A DNA stretch of 59,940 nucleotides from Thermodesulfobacteriota bacterium (GTDB lineage: Bacteria; Desulfobacterota; BSN033; UBA1163), in NCBI GenBank assembly GCA_050014415.1, contig JBEKDJ010000001.1, positions 1 to 59,940 on the forward strand. Direction: 5' to 3'. Below, one piece after another: positions 49,014 to 58,784 of the stretch. A model generated the notes under the pieces. It saw only the letters and a list, made by a program, of their open reading frames with translations, did not search any database and was not told the origin of the DNA. The position numbers were made by a program, and so were the translations under genes. The first letter of the stretch is position 1, and each line of letters starts with the position of its first letter.

Positions 49014-50681
49014 ATGAATTATGAGCGGGTTTTTGCGAAGGCTAGATCTGACTGCAGCTATCTCAGTGATCGAGGTTACATCAAGATTTATGTTGGATCG
49101 TCGACAGACGATTCGGTTGCTGCCAGTGTATTGAGCAGTCTTCAAGCGGAGACTGCCAAACGCAGCATGAAAGTAAAAGTGATCGCAACGGGATCTTTCG
49201 GATACGATGATCTTGAGCCCCTTGTATTGATCGAGAAACCAGACAAACCTGCTGTCTTGTACAACAACATGACTCCGGAGAAAGCTTCTGAGCTGCTAAG
49301 CGACTATTTGCTGAACGACAACCCTAGACCGGACATGGCCCTTTGTAGCATCGGCAGTGACAGAATAGAGAATATCCCTCATAGCTCTGATCTGCCTTTA
49401 TTCAATCTGCAAGAACGAATCGCCTTACGCAACTGCGGCACCATCGACCCGGGAAATATCAACCACTCTATAGTGCGCGGGCAAGGCTATAGCGGACTTT
49501 CAAAGGCTTTGCAGATGGACCGACCGGACGTGGTAGAAGAAGTTAGAAAGTCCGGGTTGAGGGGGCGAGGGGGGGCTGGCTATGCAACGGCAGACAAATG
49601 GAAAGCCTGCCTCGATGCAGAAGGAAGCGACAAATATGTGATCTGCAATGCTGTCGATGCAGATCCGCGAGCACGTACGGCGCGACTGCTTCTGGACGGC
49701 GACCCTCACTCTGTTCTGGAAGGTCTGATGATCGGGGCATACGCTGTTGGCGCATCGCATGGCATCGTTTGTGTGAACGCAGGGTACGGCCGTGCAATAG
49801 AAAGGCTTAGGAGGGCATTAGCTCAGATGAGGGAATATGGACTTCTGGGCAATGACGTCCTGGGTTCAACCTTCAGTTCCGAAATAGAGATCGAGGAAGT
49901 GACAGCATCTCTTGTCTCAGGTGAGGAGACTGCCCTCCTCCGTTCCCTAGAAGAAAAACAGGTGCTGCCTTACTTGCGCCCACCCTATCCCGCTATGAGT
50001 GGATACTCAGGCAAGCCCACGTTGATCAGTAATGTAGAGACCCTGTCCGACGTGTCGGCCATTTTTCAAAATGGTTCGAAATGGTACTCCCGTTTTGGAA
50101 CGGAACAGAGCAAGGGAACCAAGGTGGTTACTCTATCAGGCAATGTAGCTCATCAATATACTGTTGAAATTCCCTTTGGAACAACCCTTCGGCGCATCGT
50201 CGAGAATATCGGGGGAGGAGTTCCGAACGGTAAAACGATCAAAGCGGTGCAGGTGGGCGGCCCGACGGGAGCCTATTTTGCTTCTGATTCTCTGGACCTT
50301 CAAGTCGATTATGAGATTATCAGGGAAGCGGGGTCTATGATCGGTTCGGGAACAGTCGAAGTCTTCGATAGCGATTCATGCGCTGTTGAAATGACCGAAG
50401 AGATCCTCTCTTATGTTCAGACTCAGTCATGCGGTAAATGCGTTTTCTGCCGTGAAGGGACCTATCAGATGTCTGATATCTTGAAAGACATTTCTGAATA
50501 TATGGGCAAGCCTCAGGACCTTGCGCTGCTGAGTGAGCTGGGTGAAGAGATGAAGATCGGCTGTATATGCGGTCTCGGCCAAACTGCTTCTAATCCTGTT
50601 CTGAGCAGCATCAGACTCTTCCGCCACGAGTATGATGCCCATATCAATGGGAAAAGATGTCCCACGAATAGCAAGCCTTAG
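49014..50681 (+). CDS. NuoF-like NAD(H)/FMN/[4Fe-4S] subunit with Cys-poor thioredoxin-like N-domain
   Basis: GLRGRGGAGYATADKW (FMN site), ICNAVDADP (NADH site variant), SLBB region, N3-type cluster CGKCVFCREG...C. The first 120 aa or so lack a four-Cys cluster. Confidence 0.85.
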   Translation: MNYERVFAKARSDCSYLSDRGYIKIYVGSSTDDSVAASVLSSLQAETAKRSMKVKVIATGSFGYDDLEPLVLIEKPDKPAVLYNNMTPEKASELLSDYLLNDNPRPDMALCSIGSDRIENIPHSSDLPLFNLQERIALRNCGTIDPGNINHSIVRGQGYSGLSKALQMDRPDVVEEVRKSGLRGRGGAGYATADKWKACLDAEGSDKYVICNAVDADPRARTARLLLDGDPHSVLEGLMIGAYAVGASHGIVCVNAGYGRAIERLRRALAQMREYGLLGNDVLGSTFSSEIEIEEVTASLVSGEETALLRSLEEKQVLPYLRPPYPAMSGYSGKPTLISNVETLSDVSAIFQNGSKWYSRFGTEQSKGTKVVTLSGNVAHQYTVEIPFGTTLRRIVENIGGGVPNGKTIKAVQVGGPTGAYFASDSLDLQVDYEIIREAGSMIGSGTVEVFDSDSCAVEMTEEILSYVQTQSCGKCVFCREGTYQMSDILKDISEYMGKPQDLALLSELGEEMKIGCICGLGQTASNPVLSSIRLFRHEYDAHINGKRCPTNSKP

Positions 50682-50686
50682 ACCTA

Positions 50687-52807
50687 TTGGGGAAGTGTGA
50701 TTTGGAAGCAATTAAACTTAACATCGACGGGCGTGCGATCGACACACAAAAAGGGAAAAGCATACTCGAGGCGTCCCTTGAAGGGGGCCTATACATTCCG
50801 CATCTTTGTCATCATCCTGATCTTTCGCCCATCGGCGCCTGCAGATTATGCGTCGTAGAAGTGGAAGGCATAAAAGGACTTCTAACTTCGTGTACGACGC
50901 CGGCTTCGGACGGAATGATCGTCAAGACCAAGACTGAGAATACAAACCACATGCGCCGGCTCGCCATGGAACTGATGCTTGCCGGGCATCCGCCCGATTG
51001 TGGAACATGCATCAAGTACCTCAATTGTGAGCTTCAGTCTATCAAGCAGTATCTCATGAGCGAGCATTTAAGTGTAAAGAGACGTTCAAAACTATTCCCG
51101 GTTAATACAGGCAACCCGCTCTTTGCACACGATCCCAACAAGTGCGTTCTTTGCGGCCGCTGTGTGAGGGCATGCCATGAACTTCGCGGTGTCGGTGTGC
51201 TCTTCTACAAAAAGAAGGGGAAAGAGACCTATATTGGCACAGCTTCAGATCTACCACTTGCTGATTCCGGCTGCAGATTCTGCGGCGCCTGTGCTGAAGT
51301 CTGCCCTAGCGGCGCCATCATGGATAAGGAAGAGTTTGCAAAAGGGAAAAGCCGAAGAGTTGCTCTGGTTCCCTGTAGATATGTCTGTCCGGCGGAAATA
51401 GATGTTCCGAGATATGTCCGCTTTATCAAGGAAAAGGATTATTCTGCAGCCACCGCCGTCATAAGGGAAAAGGTTCCTTTTCCCAAAGTGCTCGGTTATG
51501 TATGCGATCATCCCTGTGAAACGGCCTGTCGCAGGGGTGAGGTCAATCAGCCGATATCGATCAGGGATCTCAAGCGCTACGCTGCTGAGCATGATGAGCA
51601 AAGTTTTTGGAAGAAGCATGCAAACAAGAAACCTTCAACCGGCAAGGAGGTTGCCATTATCGGCTCTGGCCCAGCGGGTCTCACTGCGGCTTACTATCTT
51701 TCAAATCAAGGTCATGGAGTGACCGTATATGAGGCATTGCCTCTTGCAGGAGGAATGTTGCGTTTTGGAATTCCCGCATACCGTCTCCCCAGAAAGGTGC
51801 TCGATAGTGAGATCGAAGATATGGAAAATATAGGTGTGGAGATACTGACCAACACGCGTATCGAATCCATTGATAGGCTTTTTGAGCAGGGTCATGACGC
51901 CGTTCTTGTAGCGATCGGGGCCCATAAGGGCATGAAACTTTCCATTCCCGGAGCTGATAAAGAGGGTGTACTGATCAGCATTGATTTCTTGAGGGATGTC
52001 AATACAGGAAAGAAGGTCAGTCTTGGGAAGAAGGTTATGGTGTTGGGCGGCGGCAATGTCGCCTTTGACTGCGCCCGCATTGCGCGACGACTCGGTGCTG
52101 AACAGGTGTACATCGCCTGCCTTGAATGCAGAGCGGATATGCCAGCCGCCTGCGATGAAATCGATCAGGGAGAAGAGGAAGGTATTTCGATCCATCCTTC
52201 CAGGACGTTTACGCGGATTCTCAGTGAGAACGGGAAGATTACGGGAGTGGAATTCCTGGAGGTTGAGTCATTTAGCTTTGACGAAGATAAAAACGTTCAG
52301 ATTCAAGTTATTGAAAATTCCCATCATGTTCTTGAAGCGGATACCGTTATCTTCGCGGTGGGTCAGCGGCCAGAAATTCCAGCAGGCTTCGGCCTTGACA
52401 CTGCTGCAAATAGCCTCATAGAGCTAGACTCCTACACTTTTAGTACAAGCAGGGAAGGGGTGTTTGCCGCAGGCGACGCGGTGATCGGAACGGCATCTGT
52501 CATCAAGGCCATCGCTTCAGGCAGAAGGGGCGCGATCGCCGTGGACAAGTTTCTTGAAGGCACGGGAAATATCGATCAGAAGCTGGCTCCCGTTTCAGAG
52601 CCTGAAAAATGTCTCGGCCCGGGAGAAGACTTTTCATCAATGACCCGTTGCGAAGAATCCTGCATGCTGCCGGAAGAACGGCTACAGAGTTTCTGCAAGG
52701 TGGTGCAAGATATGGCTGAGAAAACTGCGGATTACGAATCGAAGCGTTGTCTGCAGTGCGACCTAAGACTGAAGATTGCGCCTGTGAAATTCTGGGGGAA
52801 TTACTAA
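50687..52807 (+). CDS. Fe-S / flavin fusion: NuoG-type [2Fe-2S]+His-ligated [4Fe-4S], 2x[4Fe-4S] ferredoxin, and GltD/NfnB-like NAD(P)H FAD oxidoreductase
   Basis: IDGRAI..CRLCVVEV, HPPDCGTCIKYLNCELQ, CVLCGRCVRAC / CRFCGACAEVCP, then the Fer4_20-type Cys region (CPAEIDVP, CDHPCETAC), VAIIGSGPAGLTAAYYL and VLGGGNVAFDCA. The start is TTG 50687 or TTG 50702. Confidence 0.85.
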   Translation: MGKCDLEAIKLNIDGRAIDTQKGKSILEASLEGGLYIPHLCHHPDLSPIGACRLCVVEVEGIKGLLTSCTTPASDGMIVKTKTENTNHMRRLAMELMLAGHPPDCGTCIKYLNCELQSIKQYLMSEHLSVKRRSKLFPVNTGNPLFAHDPNKCVLCGRCVRACHELRGVGVLFYKKKGKETYIGTASDLPLADSGCRFCGACAEVCPSGAIMDKEEFAKGKSRRVALVPCRYVCPAEIDVPRYVRFIKEKDYSAATAVIREKVPFPKVLGYVCDHPCETACRRGEVNQPISIRDLKRYAAEHDEQSFWKKHANKKPSTGKEVAIIGSGPAGLTAAYYLSNQGHGVTVYEALPLAGGMLRFGIPAYRLPRKVLDSEIEDMENIGVEILTNTRIESIDRLFEQGHDAVLVAIGAHKGMKLSIPGADKEGVLISIDFLRDVNTGKKVSLGKKVMVLGGGNVAFDCARIARRLGAEQVYIACLECRADMPAACDEIDQGEEEGISIHPSRTFTRILSENGKITGVEFLEVESFSFDEDKNVQIQVIENSHHVLEADTVIFAVGQRPEIPAGFGLDTAANSLIELDSYTFSTSREGVFAAGDAVIGTASVIKAIASGRRGAIAVDKFLEGTGNIDQKLAPVSEPEKCLGPGEDFSSMTRCEESCMLPEERLQSFCKVVQDMAEKTADYESKRCLQCDLRLKIAPVKFWGNY

Positions 52808-52850
52808 TCTGGATCCAACGGCATTTCAACCAGAGCAAGGGAGGGGAACC

Positions 52851-54299
52851 ATGGACAGAACAACTGCAGAAACCGACGTTATCGTGATCGGCTCCGGTGT
52901 TTCAGGACTGGCTGCGGCACTAACCTCGGCAGAAGGCGGCGCAAAGGTCATCGTTTTTGAAAAGCAGCGCTCTCTGGGAGGAACTTCCAACTTCTTCGAT
53001 GGCATGTTTGCAGTAGAAAGCGAGATGCAGCGGCAGAGATACATCAAATATAGCCGGGATGAAGCATTTAGGAAGATCATGGAATACAGCCACTGGCGGG
53101 CAAATGCTCGTCTGGTGAGAGCCTTTGTCAATGAATCGGGAGGTACCATTGCCTGGCTGCAGGAGAAAGGGGTTGAGTTTAGCGACGCGACGATCAATAT
53201 GCCCGACGCCCCCCGGACCTATCACGTGGTTAAAGGACAGGGAGCGGCTGTGGTGAAAGCACTTTCTACCAGAGCAAAAGAAAAGGGAGTTGATCTCCGG
53301 CTGGCAATACCTGTCCAAAGAATCCTCAAAGAAGGCGGCAGGGTCGCCGGCGTCATTGCGGAGGAGAATGGTGAGGACATGCAGGTGGCTGGGAAGGTGG
53401 TCATCATTGCCAGCGGCGGCTATGCCAACAATAAGGAATGGATAAAGAAATACGCGGGGTTTGATCTGGATGTCAATGTGATTCCCGTTGGCAACGTCGA
53501 TAAGATGGGAGACGGCATTCGCATGGCCTGGGAGGTCGGTGCGGCTGAGGAAGGTCTTGGGGTATTAGAGTTGTTCCGCGTTGGTCCTGTGGGACCGGAA
53601 TTTGCCATGAAGGGGCAGATCGAGTTTATCGCCGCCCAACCTGACCTCTGGGTCAACCCACGGGGGGAACGGTTCTGCGATGAAGGGATTGCATTCTACG
53701 ATACTTCAGTAGGCAATGCGAATGCCAGACAGAAAGAAGGTTTCACCTATAGTCTATTTGATGAGTCGATCAAGGCGTACGTGATTGAGAAAGGAATTGA
53801 CAGGGGTGTGGGGATGGATAATCCTCCTGGCACCCGGCCCGTGGACTTCGACAAAGAACTGAACGCCGCCGTTGAAAAGGGGAGCACAGAGGTATTTGTG
53901 GCAGACTCCATAGAGGAATTGGCCGGGAAAATGGGGGTGAACCCAACTGTATTGAAGACGACGGTTCTTGAATACAACGGATTTTGCGAGAAAGGCCATG
54001 ATGATTTCTTCGCCAAGGACCCGAGATACCTCCGGCCGCTCAAGGGCCCGAAATTCTACGCCGTGAAGGCCCGAACTGTCTTTTTGGGAACCCTCGGAGG
54101 GATCAAGATCAACCACAAGATGGAAGTGGTGGATAAGAAGGGCAAAGTCATTCCCGGCCTCTACGCTGTCGGGTTTGATGCAGGTGGTATGTGGGGAGAC
54201 AGCTATAGCATCAGGAATTCCTCCGGCGCTTCGGCAGGGTTTGCGACTAATTCCGGCCGCATTGCCGGAAAGAATGCCCTGAAATACATCGGGAAATAG
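52851..54299 (+). CDS. soluble FAD_binding_2 flavoprotein, paralogue 2
   Basis: 482 aa, collinear with 47473-48945. By eye, roughly half to two-thirds of positions are identical (for example GGYANNKEWIKKY, EYNGFCEKGHDD, LGTLGGIKINHKMEVVDKK). Confidence 0.85.
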   Translation: MDRTTAETDVIVIGSGVSGLAAALTSAEGGAKVIVFEKQRSLGGTSNFFDGMFAVESEMQRQRYIKYSRDEAFRKIMEYSHWRANARLVRAFVNESGGTIAWLQEKGVEFSDATINMPDAPRTYHVVKGQGAAVVKALSTRAKEKGVDLRLAIPVQRILKEGGRVAGVIAEENGEDMQVAGKVVIIASGGYANNKEWIKKYAGFDLDVNVIPVGNVDKMGDGIRMAWEVGAAEEGLGVLELFRVGPVGPEFAMKGQIEFIAAQPDLWVNPRGERFCDEGIAFYDTSVGNANARQKEGFTYSLFDESIKAYVIEKGIDRGVGMDNPPGTRPVDFDKELNAAVEKGSTEVFVADSIEELAGKMGVNPTVLKTTVLEYNGFCEKGHDDFFAKDPRYLRPLKGPKFYAVKARTVFLGTLGGIKINHKMEVVDKKGKVIPGLYAVGFDAGGMWGDSYSIRNSSGASAGFATNSGRIAGKNALKYIGK

Positions 54300-54332
54300 T
54301 GGATTGGAGTATTCGGGAAGGGGGGTTCTGAG

Positions 54333-56222
54333 ATGGCGGAATACAAACATATCTTTACACCCATAAAAATTGGCAGGCTGACGGTAAAGAACCGGATCGA
54401 GGCTGCTCCTGCAGGGCCCATGCTGGCTGGCATCGATGGTGATGTCACAAGAGAATTAGTTGAATGGGAAAGGGCGTTAGCCAAAGGGGGAGCAGGGATT
54501 GTCACGATAGGTGATACTCCTGTCGTAAGTGAAATTCCTATGAGGGTGGGGCATCTCATTGATCTGGGAACGGATAAATCGGTCAACGTGTTGAACAGGC
54601 TTGCGGAACCCATACAGAGGTACGGCGCCAAGGCATCCATTGAATTGACCTATCATGACTACTTTGTTCACCACTCTCCTACAGAGATGACGCTGGAAGA
54701 AATCAAGAGGCTCATCGATGCTCATGCCAACGCGGCTTACCGCTGCTTGATTGCGGGCATGGATATGATTATGGTTCACACGGCCCATGGACATCTGGTG
54801 AGTCAGTTCCTTTCACCGAAGAATAACTATCGTACCGACGCCTATGGTGGTTCCTTCAAGAACAGGGCGAGGTTTGCCATCGAAATACTTGAAGCGATCA
54901 GAAATAAGGTGGGAGACAGATTGGCGATTGAGTATCGTATCAGCGGTGATGAATTGGCGCCCGATGGATTAACGTTAGAAGAGCAGCTTGAGTTCTCCAG
55001 AATGATTCAGGATAAGATTGACCTGATACACGTATCGGCGGGGAAGCTTTATGAAGAGAAAACTATTCCGAGGATCTTCCAACCCATATATATCCCCCGT
55101 GGTGTCAACGTTTATCTTGCGGAGCGGTTCAAGAAAGAACTGAAAATACCTGTTACCACAGTCGGGTCCCTTAACCTTGAAATGGCTGAACAGATCCTTG
55201 CCGAAAACAAAGCGGATATTGTTGCCATGGCCCGTAGTCTTATTGCCGATCCCGACGCTGTCAATAAGGCAAAGAAAAGGAATGAGGATACGATCAGGCC
55301 GTGTGTCCGCTGCAATACGTGTATTGATCTGTCACACAGGACCTTATTGCCCGTTCATTGTGCCGTCAACCCCCTTGCTGGGAGAGAAGCGGAATTTTTG
55401 AGCCTTCCATTACCTGCCAAAAAGAGAAAGGTCGTTGTCGTGGGCGGAGGACCGGCAGGTATGGAGGCTGCAAGAAGAGCTGCAGATCGAGGCCATGAGG
55501 TGGTTCTCTTTGAAAAAGACGCACAGTTAGGTGGATCTTTAGTCATGGCTTCTGCGATGCCCTTTAAGACCGATATGAAAGCATATCTGGATTGGGCAAT
55601 ACGTACAACAATGAATACCCTTCGTTTGACGGTCAAATTATCTACGGAAGCGACGCCTGAGAGAATAAGGGTGGAGAACCCCGATGCCCTGATTGTCGCC
55701 GTGGGTTCTACTCCTATTATTCCGAAAATGCCAGGGATTAATAGGAAAAATGTTGTTTGGGCGGGAGATGTAGACTTGGGGAGAGTAAAGGTTGGCGAAA
55801 GGGTGCTTGTGGCAGGTGCAGGAATGACAGGTTCAGAAACGGCATTATACCTGACACAGCAGGGAAAGAAGGTCACCTTGATTGATATGCTATCTTTGGA
55901 AGAGATCGATGCAGAATATCCTTTTGTCAATATTATATCTTTACGGGGAATGATGAAGGATCTCAAGGTTGACATTAAGACAGAAGTGAAACTGGAAGCG
56001 ATCACGGACACAGGCGCTGTTGTTACAGACAAAAACTGGAACAAGGTCGAAATACCCTGCGATACCGTCGTTCTTGCTGTGGGTGTGAAACCTCGTACCG
56101 AAGTTGTCCGCATGTTTGAGGCTTTGGCCCCTGAGGTCTATATGGCTGGTGACTGCAATAAGGAAAGGGGCAATTTGTATAGCGCCACGCTGCAAGGATT
56201 CTTCGCAGCGATGGAGATCTGA
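54333..56222 (+). CDS. OYE-family FMN/[4Fe-4S]/FAD 2-enoate reductase / 2,4-dienoyl-CoA reductase-like oxidoreductase
   Basis: 629 aa. OYE barrel (IGRLTVKNRIEAAP, HTAHGHLVSQFLSP), Cys cluster CVRCNTC...C, then VVVVGGGPAGMEAA and VAGAGMTGSE dinucleotide folds, and AGDC near the C-terminus. Confidence 0.85.
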   Translation: MAEYKHIFTPIKIGRLTVKNRIEAAPAGPMLAGIDGDVTRELVEWERALAKGGAGIVTIGDTPVVSEIPMRVGHLIDLGTDKSVNVLNRLAEPIQRYGAKASIELTYHDYFVHHSPTEMTLEEIKRLIDAHANAAYRCLIAGMDMIMVHTAHGHLVSQFLSPKNNYRTDAYGGSFKNRARFAIEILEAIRNKVGDRLAIEYRISGDELAPDGLTLEEQLEFSRMIQDKIDLIHVSAGKLYEEKTIPRIFQPIYIPRGVNVYLAERFKKELKIPVTTVGSLNLEMAEQILAENKADIVAMARSLIADPDAVNKAKKRNEDTIRPCVRCNTCIDLSHRTLLPVHCAVNPLAGREAEFLSLPLPAKKRKVVVVGGGPAGMEAARRAADRGHEVVLFEKDAQLGGSLVMASAMPFKTDMKAYLDWAIRTTMNTLRLTVKLSTEATPERIRVENPDALIVAVGSTPIIPKMPGINRKNVVWAGDVDLGRVKVGERVLVAGAGMTGSETALYLTQQGKKVTLIDMLSLEEIDAEYPFVNIISLRGMMKDLKVDIKTEVKLEAITDTGAVVTDKNWNKVEIPCDTVVLAVGVKPRTEVVRMFEALAPEVYMAGDCNKERGNLYSATLQGFFAAMEI

Positions 56223-56370
56223 ATAAGGCTTTTCTTTTCAAAAAAATGTCTGGAATAAAAGAAGCTTAGCAGGATTCCGCGAGGCACCCTTGAAGCACTC
56301 GTGCCAGATAACCTGGGGAAGTACCGCACCTCATCACTGGTGGCATGCACGGTGACGGTACAGTATTCAT

Positions 56371-57786
56371 ATGTTGAGAGATAAACGTGAATCCTTGTCC
56401 GAAAAAGGGAAAGGAGAGACTTTTCCCTGGATAGGTACTGCCCTGACGAAAGACTGGACAAAGGGCTCCATCCTTGGCAACCTCCTATCGTTGTCCTGGC
56501 CCATGATGATGATGGAGACTCTCTACGTGGTGAGCCAGATCGTTGAGATGATCTGGATAGGGAGGCTGGGACCATCTGCTATTGCCGGGGTGGGCGTTGC
56601 CAATATCGTTCTTTTTTCAGTGATGTCTATGGATTTCGGATTCATCATCGGGATGAGAGCCATGGTCGCCCGTCACGTGGGAGCTGGTAATATCGCAGGC
56701 GCAAATTACATTGCAGGGCAGGCCTTTGTTCTGAGTGTTATCTGGGGTGTATTGATCACGGGAGCAGGTGTCCTTCTGGCCGAACCGATCATCAGGATGT
56801 TCGGTGTGGAGTCTCAGGTTATAACGGAAGGAACGGCATATCTGCGCGTTATGTTTGCTGGCTGGGTGACCATGGAAGTCCTGGTCATGGGCCTCTACGT
56901 TATCCAGTCTTCAGGAGATACGATGACCCCACTGAAAATAGAATTTTCTATCAGAGTGGTCCACGTGACTCTTTGCCCCTTCCTTGTCAAAGGCTTATGG
57001 ATATTCCCTCAACTCGGTGTCAGAGGAGCAGCTCTCAGTAATGTCATTTCTCAGATCCTGGGAGCAGGTCTGGGGTTATGGTTACTCTTTAGAGGGCATA
57101 CCAGGCTGAGGCTTACTCTGAGCCATTTCCGTTTTAGTCCCAATATTATCTGGCATATCTTGAAGATTGGCGTTCCTGCCTTGGTCATGAACCTGCAGAG
57201 ATCCTTGGGTGATATCGCATTGACATTGTTTATTGTCCCCTTTGGTACTCTGGCTGTGGCTGCTCATAGTCTTGCATCGAGGGTAGACATGTTCCTGTCC
57301 CTGCCGGGGATGGGATTGGGTTCAGGGGCTGGTGTGCTGGTTGGTCAAAACCTTGGGGCGCATCAGCCTGAGAGGGCAGAGAGAGGCGCCTGGCTCGCAG
57401 TGGGATTTGTGGAAGCCTTTATGGTTGCCTGTTCGATAGTGATTCTTTTATGGGCGGAAAATATAATAGGCATCTTCACGACCGAGGCCAGTCTTATACG
57501 CCTGGGTAGCATCTTCCTCAGAATAGCCACCGGAAGCTACCTGATATTGGCTCTCGTCTTTGTGTTGCAGAGTTGTATCGCAGGCGCCGGCGATACCATC
57601 CCCAATATGATCATTAATATAGGCATGATTTGGGTGGTGCAATTGCCCCTTGCATTTCTTTTACCTTGTATCACCGACCTCGGCATCTTCGGAGTGCGGT
57701 GGGCGATCGTGGCGAGCACATTCGCAGGGACAATCGTCTACGTGACCTACTTCAAATGGGGAAGATGGAAGACCAAGAGGGTATAG
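56371..57786 (+). CDS. MATE family efflux transporter
   Basis: 471 aa, 12 predicted TM helices, typical MATE N-terminus (ILGNLLSLSWPMMMMETLYVVSQIVEMIWIGRLG). Confidence 0.85.
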   Translation: MLRDKRESLSEKGKGETFPWIGTALTKDWTKGSILGNLLSLSWPMMMMETLYVVSQIVEMIWIGRLGPSAIAGVGVANIVLFSVMSMDFGFIIGMRAMVARHVGAGNIAGANYIAGQAFVLSVIWGVLITGAGVLLAEPIIRMFGVESQVITEGTAYLRVMFAGWVTMEVLVMGLYVIQSSGDTMTPLKIEFSIRVVHVTLCPFLVKGLWIFPQLGVRGAALSNVISQILGAGLGLWLLFRGHTRLRLTLSHFRFSPNIIWHILKIGVPALVMNLQRSLGDIALTLFIVPFGTLAVAAHSLASRVDMFLSLPGMGLGSGAGVLVGQNLGAHQPERAERGAWLAVGFVEAFMVACSIVILLWAENIIGIFTTEASLIRLGSIFLRIATGSYLILALVFVLQSCIAGAGDTIPNMIINIGMIWVVQLPLAFLLPCITDLGIFGVRWAIVASTFAGTIVYVTYFKWGRWKTKRV

Positions 57787-57983
57787 GGTGTTCGATACAG
57801 AAATCTCATCAAGAGGGTGAGGAAGGGACATGACTATATCAAGACTCAGGAGATATATTGTGACAGACGTAAAACGCAACCCAGAGTTTTTTTCTTATCG
57901 AACCGATCCTGCTCAAGACTTATCCAGCCCTCGCAGTTTGCCAACCCCAGTACTGCACAGTCGGCGGAAATAGTGCAGAACGC

Positions 57984-58745
57984 TTGGTCAAATCGATGGA
58001 GAGCAATATGACTTCTCCTCAACAGGATTTGGTCATTTTGGAAAAATTCAATTTCGACGTGAAACCTGTGACTGCGAGCTTCCTGATCAGGCCACCTGAA
58101 AGAGTCCCGAGACTGGAGGCGAAGATGACCTTCTGTCAGATGATAAGAAGGGCTCAGGAGGGCGAACCGTTCTACGCGGATTCAGAGAATCATGCCTGCG
58201 AAGTGGGGCCCTTCATACTGGGGGGTCAGGATATTCCACCGCCTTTTTTTCGGGGAGAATATGGGGTGGCGCATAAACACTTCAGGGAACCGCGGGCTAT
58301 GAGAAGGATTTATCGAATAATCCCGAAGCTGGAAAAGAATGTCGTGAGCTGCGTTGCCTTTTCCACAGTGGATCAACTGTCAATTGAACCGGATGTGATC
58401 ATCTTTGTGGCTGATTTTGATCAGACGCAGATTCTGTTAAGGGCAATGAGTTATACCACCGGACAGCCTTACACCAGCAAGTTCACAGGCGTGATGGGCT
58501 GCGCATGGCTCTTCATCTATCCGTACCTGACGGGAAAACTGAATTATGTGCCTGCGAACTTCAGTGCAGGAATGAAGTTGCTCAAAGTCTTTCGTGACGG
58601 TACGATCGTAACATCTATTCCTTATCAATTGTTGCCTACGGTCTTAAGAAACCTGCAGGAAATGCCGTGGATTCTGCCTCTTCATCAAGCGGATGGAGAA
58701 GAGTTCCGGGAGCGACTGAGAAGAGACCTGGGGATTGATGGATGA
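57984..58745 (+). CDS. DUF169 family protein (uncharacterised)
   Basis: About 250 aa. The FCQMIRRAQEGEPFYADSENHACEVGPFILG pattern resembles DUF169/COG2043 as I recall it. Start ambiguous: TTG 57984, ATG 57996 or ATG 58008. Confidence 0.55.
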   Translation: MVKSMESNMTSPQQDLVILEKFNFDVKPVTASFLIRPPERVPRLEAKMTFCQMIRRAQEGEPFYADSENHACEVGPFILGGQDIPPPFFRGEYGVAHKHFREPRAMRRIYRIIPKLEKNVVSCVAFSTVDQLSIEPDVIIFVADFDQTQILLRAMSYTTGQPYTSKFTGVMGCAWLFIYPYLTGKLNYVPANFSAGMKLLKVFRDGTIVTSIPYQLLPTVLRNLQEMPWILPLHQADGEEFRERLRRDLGIDG

Positions 58746-58784
58746 TAGGGGACAAAGCAAATGGATAGAGACTTGGGAGGTCAT

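Noticed and set aside
55355-56113. 252-aa minus-strand ORF
   Set aside because: Antisense to the C-terminal half of the OYE/2-enoate reductase. It is Ser/Thr/Ala-rich and low-complexity, so it is a shadow ORF.
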